Shown here: one piece after another, positions 57,993-64,000 of the stretch
How the letters are laid out: the number at the start of each line of letters is the position of its first letter
How positions within the stretch are numbered: position 1 is the first letter of the stretch
DNA from: Sedimentisphaeraceae bacterium JB056
GTDB lineage: Bacteria; Planctomycetota; Phycisphaerae; Sedimentisphaerales; Sedimentisphaeraceae
Assembly (NCBI GenBank): GCA_044440125.1
Contig: JBITAJ010000017.1
Location: 32,001-96,000, forward strand
DNA length: 64,000 nucleotides
Direction of reading: 5' to 3'
Notes under the pieces: generated by a model
What the model was told of the DNA's origin: nothing
Database searches by the model: none
What the model saw: only the letters and a program-made list of their open reading frames with translations
Program-made: the position numbers and the translations under genes

Positions 57993-60900
57993 ATGTATCA
58001 AAAGTTATTGATTTTAATGCTTCCTGCATTTTGTCTGGCAGTGGAGATTAATGTGCCAGCGGATTATGCTACTATTGCTGAGGCGATTAATGCTTCTCAA
58101 AATGGAGATACTGTCATACTTGCCGATGGCGTATATAAAGGTGATGGCAATCGTGACATTACAATTGAGCAAGAACGCACACTAATTATTAAGAGTGAAA
58201 ATGGGCCAAAAAGTTGCATAATCAATTGCGAAGGGACTTCTGAGAATAGTCATAATGCATTTGTCATTAACGGCAGGGGTTGCGTGTTAGAAGGGGTGAC
58301 AATAACTCATAGCTATAGCTTGACACCTGCTTTGCAGGTCAACAACCTGGATACCGTAATTATTAACTGTATATTTACAGAGAATTATGGTGGAATCGGT
58401 ATTAAATCCGATTTCTTTCCGACAGTAGTCGGTTGCTTATTTGCAGAAAACAGCATTTACTCTGAACTTGACCCTCAATACAACAGCCCATTCCTTTACT
58501 ATATTGGTTTTGTTAAATTCGAACATTGCACTTTTGTCAAAAACATAAACATAACATCAGTAAATTTATTATTCTGTGAGATAAGAAACTGTATATTCTG
58601 GGATTACCAGATAAATGAGGAAATAGAACCTTGGTACGTCCTGCCTGATGCCGTTAAACTTGAAAACGGCAATTTTGTTGAGCATACGGAATCACCCAAT
58701 CCAGAATTTGCGGGTTTAGAAAATGGTGATTACAGACTCAGTTCTTCATCTCCCTGTATTGATGCTTCGATAGACAGCAGTAACATTGTTTATTCACGTC
58801 CTGATATAGACGGTACTTCCAGATTAGTGGGCGACTTCGCTGATTGCGGTGCTTACGAATACAAAAATCCAATGGATTTTAATATTGATGGTAGAACAAA
58901 TTTGCAGGATTTCAAAACAGTTGCAGACTATTGGCTGATAGACTATTTCCCACAGGATGTTGCAGCTCTCGCGAATAATTGGTTATGCTCATCCAATATT
59001 TTTCAGAGGGCAGTTTGGAGATTTGAAAATCCTGACTCATTAGTTGTTAAAGATGATTCAGGTAATGGTAATAATGCGATACTTCACGGAGAAGCAAAAA
59101 TTGTCAATGATTCGCAGCGAGGTAATGTGCTTTATTTCAATGGCGAAAGTAGTTATATGACAGCGCCAGGATTGAAGGGGAAAAATGGTGATTTTTGTGT
59201 GTCATTCTGGGCAAAATTCCCATTCAAAACTGAAGAAGAAATAGAAGAATTATCTACTCAGAGAGGAATTGACTATCCACAAATACTATTCTGTTGGGGT
59301 ACAAGAGAAGAAACAAGTATATTTAAGTTGCTTTTTAATCGCAATTACGGCTACGATGTAACTAACATTACAAGTACTAACTGCACGCTAACATTAAACT
59401 ACATTAATTCTAATAAAAAGATATTCATTGATGAATTAGATGATAAATGGCATAAATTTACTATAATTTCAGACCAGAGTAACGAACTTGATCCGAAAGT
59501 GCATGTGTTCCTCGACATACAATATTTGCAAGCATTCAATTTAGAAGATATACGAACTATACCTGATGAAGACATGATTATTGGACGTAATTTCAATATC
59601 GATAATCCAATGTTTTTGAAGGGGTGTATAGATGATTTTGTTGTAACTGACAGCAATTTCACAATGCCTGCTATCTTACCAAACAGAAAACATATACACT
59701 TAAGTTTTGAATTTGATAATCCTGTACAATCTTTCTCAGAGACCAACAAGAGATTCGATACAAAACTGGCGGGCATGGTTAGTGAGATTGAAATGAGAGA
59801 CAGCAATGTTGAGGTTGAGAAAAAAGGACTGTACTTTTCGGGTATCAATTCATATATACGAGTTAACGGCTATAAAGGTATAACAGGTATGTCAAAGCGG
59901 GTTATCTCAATGCAATTAACTAACTGTGAATCTGGAGGGATTATCTGCTGGGGCTCGACTGAAGATGGCCGAAGGTGGTTTTTATTTATAGAGGATAGTT
60001 GTCTATGGATTGGTATGCTCGGCAACAGATTTATAAATACTGGTATATATCTCTCACAATGGGATGACTGGACTAACTTGACCGTTATAGTGCCTCAGCT
60101 TCCTTTGCCTACATTAAACGATATAATAGTCATAGCTGAAGATTATGTCTATACCTCATTTGGTGATTTTTTTGATCCCTCACTTGTTATAAATACTGGA
60201 GATTCTTCTGATGTTATAATAGGTGCGGGAGTCTTAGGTGACGGCAGCATTGGTCGATTCTATAATGGCGCAATCCGAGAAGTGGTAATAGCAGAAAACT
60301 ATGCAGATACTTTTTATCCTGACTTTGCAGACTTATGGCTTCCTCTTGAAAGTTTAGAAACAGATATGTCTCCGGATCTGAGTCCATACAAGAGAGAGTA
60401 CTCAATAATAGGATTACCGCATACTGACAGTGATACCTTTATTGGAGATTTTGCAACCTTCGACTTGAATCAAGTCTTTATTGATGGTACTGCTATCGCT
60501 GGAGCGAATCCAAGGAGTGTTACCGGGTGGGTACGTACAACTGATACTGAAGGTGAAATAATTGGATGGGGCGAGAAAGGTCAAGGTACTAAGTGGCTTA
60601 TCCGCACAGCAATGCTTGCAGATGATTATGGTGTGTTGAGAACAGAAATAGGAGATGGTTATATCGTAGGCAATACCAATATTTGCGATGGTAATTGGCA
60701 TCATTTCGCAGTTGTTCAGGAATTTGCATATCTGCCGTTCACTAAATTGTATATTGATGGACAGATAGAAACACTTTCTGAAATATCTCCGCAATGGATT
60801 AGTACCGAGACTAATGATCTGCATTCATATAAGGATTATACATATCATCCCGACAATATATCAATCGGAGGTTTTCAAAAGGAAGGTCAAAGATTTTATA

Positions 60901-60998
60901 ATGGAGATATGGCGAAGATTAGAGTCTATTCTCGAGCAATAACTGCTGATGAAATAAAGGAAGAATACTCAAAGGTTCTTAATGATTGTGGTGTTTGA
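57993..60998 (+). CDS. large secreted protein: beta-helix, internal dockerin-like repeat, three LamG-like domains
   Basis: AGGAGG RBS; VPADYATIAEAI; DYRLSSSSPCID; DFNIDGRTNLQDF; DDSGNGNNA, DGNWHHFAV, IRVYSRAITADEI. Confidence 0.8.
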   Translation: MYQKLLILMLPAFCLAVEINVPADYATIAEAINASQNGDTVILADGVYKGDGNRDITIEQERTLIIKSENGPKSCIINCEGTSENSHNAFVINGRGCVLEGVTITHSYSLTPALQVNNLDTVIINCIFTENYGGIGIKSDFFPTVVGCLFAENSIYSELDPQYNSPFLYYIGFVKFEHCTFVKNINITSVNLLFCEIRNCIFWDYQINEEIEPWYVLPDAVKLENGNFVEHTESPNPEFAGLENGDYRLSSSSPCIDASIDSSNIVYSRPDIDGTSRLVGDFADCGAYEYKNPMDFNIDGRTNLQDFKTVADYWLIDYFPQDVAALANNWLCSSNIFQRAVWRFENPDSLVVKDDSGNGNNAILHGEAKIVNDSQRGNVLYFNGESSYMTAPGLKGKNGDFCVSFWAKFPFKTEEEIEELSTQRGIDYPQILFCWGTREETSIFKLLFNRNYGYDVTNITSTNCTLTLNYINSNKKIFIDELDDKWHKFTIISDQSNELDPKVHVFLDIQYLQAFNLEDIRTIPDEDMIIGRNFNIDNPMFLKGCIDDFVVTDSNFTMPAILPNRKHIHLSFEFDNPVQSFSETNKRFDTKLAGMVSEIEMRDSNVEVEKKGLYFSGINSYIRVNGYKGITGMSKRVISMQLTNCESGGIICWGSTEDGRRWFLFIEDSCLWIGMLGNRFINTGIYLSQWDDWTNLTVIVPQLPLPTLNDIIVIAEDYVYTSFGDFFDPSLVINTGDSSDVIIGAGVLGDGSIGRFYNGAIREVVIAENYADTFYPDFADLWLPLESLETDMSPDLSPYKREYSIIGLPHTDSDTFIGDFATFDLNQVFIDGTAIAGANPRSVTGWVRTTDTEGEIIGWGEKGQGTKWLIRTAMLADDYGVLRTEIGDGYIVGNTNICDGNWHHFAVVQEFAYLPFTKLYIDGQIETLSEISPQWISTETNDLHSYKDYTYHPDNISIGGFQKEGQRFYNGDMAKIRVYSRAITADEIKEEYSKVLNDCGV

Positions 60999-61224
60999 TT
61001 TTCTGGGAAATATAATAAGAGTGGTTTGTGTAGACAAAAATTAGTGCAGCTATGGAAGAAAGTATTCAAAATTTTTTAATTACGAAATATGTTCAATAGT
61101 AAAGTTTGTGTTTGAACTTAACATTTTGCATTTATATATATTTCGAGTATAGTATATTTTAGTGACTGCTTAAAAAAGGTTGAAGCGAAGCAGCTTCAAG
61201 GAATTAACTTTTGAAAGGTATCCG

Positions 61225-61713
61225 ATGAACGGTTCAGGGACAGAAGATAAACCAGAGATTAAAATACGTGTTGCTACGATTGACGATCTTGCGAAGATAT
61301 TCCATCTTGGCGAGAAGGTTTTTACGCCGCAGGAAGTTTCAAATCTTTATCGAACATGGGATGAGTATGAGGTTACTCATTTATTCAATGTAGAGCCTGA
61401 TCATCTTCTTGTTGCTGAGGTTGACGAGAAGTTTGCGGGTTTCTGTCTTGGCTCTGTTATAGAGAAGGCAAGGTCGGCATGGAGCTATGGCCATCTTGTG
61501 TGGCTTGCGGTCGATCCTGAATATGAAGGACAGGGGATTGCGGGGCAGTTGTTTGATGAGTTCCACGATATGATGGATAAAGAAGGCGTTCGAATGCTTA
61601 TTGTCGATACGCAGGCCGACAATGACAGGGCAATAAACTTCTTTACCCGTAAAGGTTTTACCAATCCTATAGATCATGTTTACATGACATTGAATATTAA
61701 AAGCAGCGGTTGA
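61225..61713 (+). CDS. GNAT family N-acetyltransferase
   Basis: IRVATIDD, LAVDPEYEGQGIAGQL, N..AINFF.RKGF. Confidence 0.88.
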   Translation: MNGSGTEDKPEIKIRVATIDDLAKIFHLGEKVFTPQEVSNLYRTWDEYEVTHLFNVEPDHLLVAEVDEKFAGFCLGSVIEKARSAWSYGHLVWLAVDPEYEGQGIAGQLFDEFHDMMDKEGVRMLIVDTQADNDRAINFFTRKGFTNPIDHVYMTLNIKSSG

Positions 61714-61717
61714 AGGT

Positions 61718-62821
61718 ATGGGAAATGCGATGAATATAAATGACCAGAGGCTCAAGTCTTTGTTTCGTGATATGGTGGATATTTACAGTCCATCGGGCAA
61801 GGAAGAGGAAATAACCGAGATGCTTGCCGGTTATCTTCACGAACATGGATTGCCGGTAACATTGCGAGAGGTAAGCGATGGGCGGCGAAATGTCGAGGTA
61901 GTATTCTCGGACAAAAGACCTGATGTTGCTTTTATCGGACATATTGATACGGTTCCCGCGTTTGATATTGAAGAGTATTGTTTTGAAGAAAAAGATGGTA
62001 TCATAAGCGGGCTTGGTACAGCTGATATGAAAGGCGGCTGCGCGGCAATGATAGAGGCGTTTGTCAAAATGGTGGAGGCCGGCAAACTTACAGACAGGGC
62101 GGGGCTGTTTCTCGTTGTCGGTGAAGAAGAGACCGGTGACGGAACAGCGGCATTGCTTGAATCTCGTTCTTTCCCATGGGCTGTAGTTGCCGAACCGACC
62201 AATTTGCTGCCGTGCTTATCGCATTACGGATATATGGAGATGTTTGTCAGGGCATTTGGTACAAGACGGCATGCATCAAAGGCAGGACGCGAGTATAATT
62301 CAATATTCGGAATGCTCAATATGCTTCTTACACTTGGCAGGCGTTTTGAAGATAAACATAAAAATGCCGTACTCAATATTCGCGATATACACAGCTCTGA
62401 GTCAGGGTTTGCTGTGCCGGGCAGTTGTGAGGCATGGCTTGATTTTCATATGCCGCCGAATTCAAATCTTGCGGAGCTTTCACGGCAGCTTGAGAAGATA
62501 GTTGACGACAGTCTCAAGGGCAGTGCGGCAACAAGGTATGAGATTGATTTCCCAACTCTTGCCGAAGGATATATGCTTCAAGAGAAGGGCCTTGTACCGG
62601 AGTTGCTTAAAGGGATTTACGAGCGGCTCTCATTGGAATGGAAGCCGGGAGCATTTGAGAGTCATTCCGATGCCAATCTTCTGTGGGAGGCAGGGTGCAA
62701 GCCTGTTATACTTGGGCCGGGCCAGCTTGCCAAGGCGCATACCAGTGATGAGTCGGTGAAATTTGAGCAGGTCTCAACAGCAGCTGAAATATATTATCAG
62801 ATGCTTACTGGCTTGGATTAG
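61718..62821 (+). CDS. M20 family metallohydrolase (ArgE/DapE-like)
   Basis: GHIDTVP, GLGTADMKGG, GEEE, AEPT, GPG..AHT.DE. Confidence 0.88.
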   Translation: MGNAMNINDQRLKSLFRDMVDIYSPSGKEEEITEMLAGYLHEHGLPVTLREVSDGRRNVEVVFSDKRPDVAFIGHIDTVPAFDIEEYCFEEKDGIISGLGTADMKGGCAAMIEAFVKMVEAGKLTDRAGLFLVVGEEETGDGTAALLESRSFPWAVVAEPTNLLPCLSHYGYMEMFVRAFGTRRHASKAGREYNSIFGMLNMLLTLGRRFEDKHKNAVLNIRDIHSSESGFAVPGSCEAWLDFHMPPNSNLAELSRQLEKIVDDSLKGSAATRYEIDFPTLAEGYMLQEKGLVPELLKGIYERLSLEWKPGAFESHSDANLLWEAGCKPVILGPGQLAKAHTSDESVKFEQVSTAAEIYYQMLTGLD

Positions 62822-62837
62822 CCTTAACAGAAGCAGA

Positions 62838-63608
62838 TCAGCTTTCGATTGCCTTTTTCTTTCTTCTTTTTCTTGTTAGAAGACAGAACGCAATACTTAA
62901 TTCATATAAGATATAGAGCGGACATGCCAGTGCTATTTGCGAGATAATATCCGGTGGAGTTACTATAGCTGCTATTACCACTAATGCCATTATAACTATT
63001 TTTCGGCCCTTGTTGAGCATTTCTATGGTTACAAGTCCAAGCATTTCGGCGAAGATGATTGCTATAGGCAGTTGAAAGGCTAAACCAAAGATGAGCGTAA
63101 GCGACAGTATGAAGTTGATATAGTTCTGGAGTGTGACATTGACCTCTACGAATTCGATACCCGTTTCGAAATTTATGAAGAACGAGAGGGCCATTGGTGC
63201 TATCACAGTGATGAAGAATATCGAGCCGGCCATAAAAAGGGCGGCGCTGAGGGGCGAAACGGTATGTATGAATCGCACTTCTTTCTTGTAGAGTCCGGGA
63301 GCAATGAATTTCCATAAATGATAGAATATCCACGGTGCGGCAAGTACAATTCCGAATACGAGAGCACACTTTACATAGACAACGAACTGCTCGCTTGGCT
63401 GTATCGCCTGGAGTGTTGCGTCAAGGCCTGCTGATTCCATCGCTTTTTTGTAAGGCATGGATGCAAGCTTGAGTATGAATTTGCCGAAGAAAAGGCATAC
63501 GACAAAACCGCCTAAGATGCCGCTTATTGCCATTATAAGTCTGTACCTGAGGTCTTCGAGGTGTTCACCAAGACTCATCGACTCTAATTTTTCTTCATTC
63601 TTGCTCAT
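62838..63608 (-). CDS. tatC: twin-arginine translocase subunit TatC
   Basis: MSLGEHLEDLRYRL, WKFIAPGLYKKE, FGLAFQLP, TPPDIISQ..LYE. Confidence 0.95.
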   Translation of the reverse strand: MSKNEEKLESMSLGEHLEDLRYRLIMAISGILGGFVVCLFFGKFILKLASMPYKKAMESAGLDATLQAIQPSEQFVVYVKCALVFGIVLAAPWIFYHLWKFIAPGLYKKEVRFIHTVSPLSAALFMAGSIFFITVIAPMALSFFINFETGIEFVEVNVTLQNYINFILSLTLIFGLAFQLPIAIIFAEMLGLVTIEMLNKGRKIVIMALVVIAAIVTPPDIISQIALACPLYILYELSIAFCLLTRKRRKKKAIES

Positions 63609-63656
63609 TTTTCACAATGCCTGTTTTATCTTGAAATATTCTGTTTTATTATTCGA

Positions 63657-64000
63657 TTAGCCGGACCGCTTAATCAGCTCTTGAAAGGCTGATTGGAGTT
63701 TTCTGGTTTTGGGGCCGGTTAGGCCGCCTGAGACCTTTCGTCCTTCGACTTCTACGATACCGACTATATCTTTAGTCGTTACTCCCATGAACATTTCATC
63801 GGCTTTATAAAGGTCGTATGGGCAAAGTATTTTTTCAACCATATTCATTCCGGTCATTTCTGCAATTTGTGAGATAAACCCGCGTGTTATGCTTGGCAAT
63901 ATGTCGTGTCCAAGCGGTCTTGTTACGATATCATTACCGAATATTGCTGCGAATGTAGAGCTTGAGCCTTCTGTTACATCGCCGCGACCGTCAAGAAGTA
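63657..64000 (-). CDS. class IV aminotransferase (D-amino-acid/branched-chain type), C-terminal part; start lies beyond the window
   Basis: Manual extension gives LLDGRGDVTEGSSST..ILPSITR..ADEMF..TT..GPKT. Confidence 0.85.
   Translation of the reverse strand, partial: LLDGRGDVTEGSSSTFAAIFGNDIVTRPLGHDILPSITRGFISQIAEMTGMNMVEKILCPYDLYKADEMFMGVTTKDIVGIVEVEGRKVSGGLTGPKTRKLQSAFQELIKRSG

Overview
Moderately AT-rich bacterial chromosome segment. Gene content (FTLIELLVV prepilin/H-X9-DG proteins, many single-repeat dockerin-like secreted proteins, sulfatases, Vor-type 2-oxoacid:ferredoxin oxidoreductase) points by inference to an anaerobic planctomycete (Phycisphaerae, Sedimentisphaerales-like). After a V4R/HAMP signalling pair, two lipoproteins and an initiator tRNA-Met, about 36 kb (3086-39701) form a glycan-utilisation region with no SusC/SusD or ABC transporter. 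It has three regulators (GntR-LacI, XylR-type AraC, FadR), two recurring 'dockerin protein(s) then pilin-like protein' units, two Na+/solute symporters, three sulfatases, GH78, sialate O-acetylesterase, two Asp-box proteins, three unclassified DEP-motif hydrolase-like proteins, two URO-D/MtaA-fold proteins, an aldolase and nagA/nagB. The remainder mixes housekeeping genes (thioesterase, yacG, zwf, vor operon, NCS2 permease, tatC, class IV aminotransferase) with a variable patch (43.5-49.7 kb) holding a candidate ~70-nt sRNA, two IS-end-like 17-bp repeats and a duplicated 59-bp terminator. No CRISPR array, rRNA, integrase or transposase was seen. All calls come from reading motifs by eye; no searches were run.
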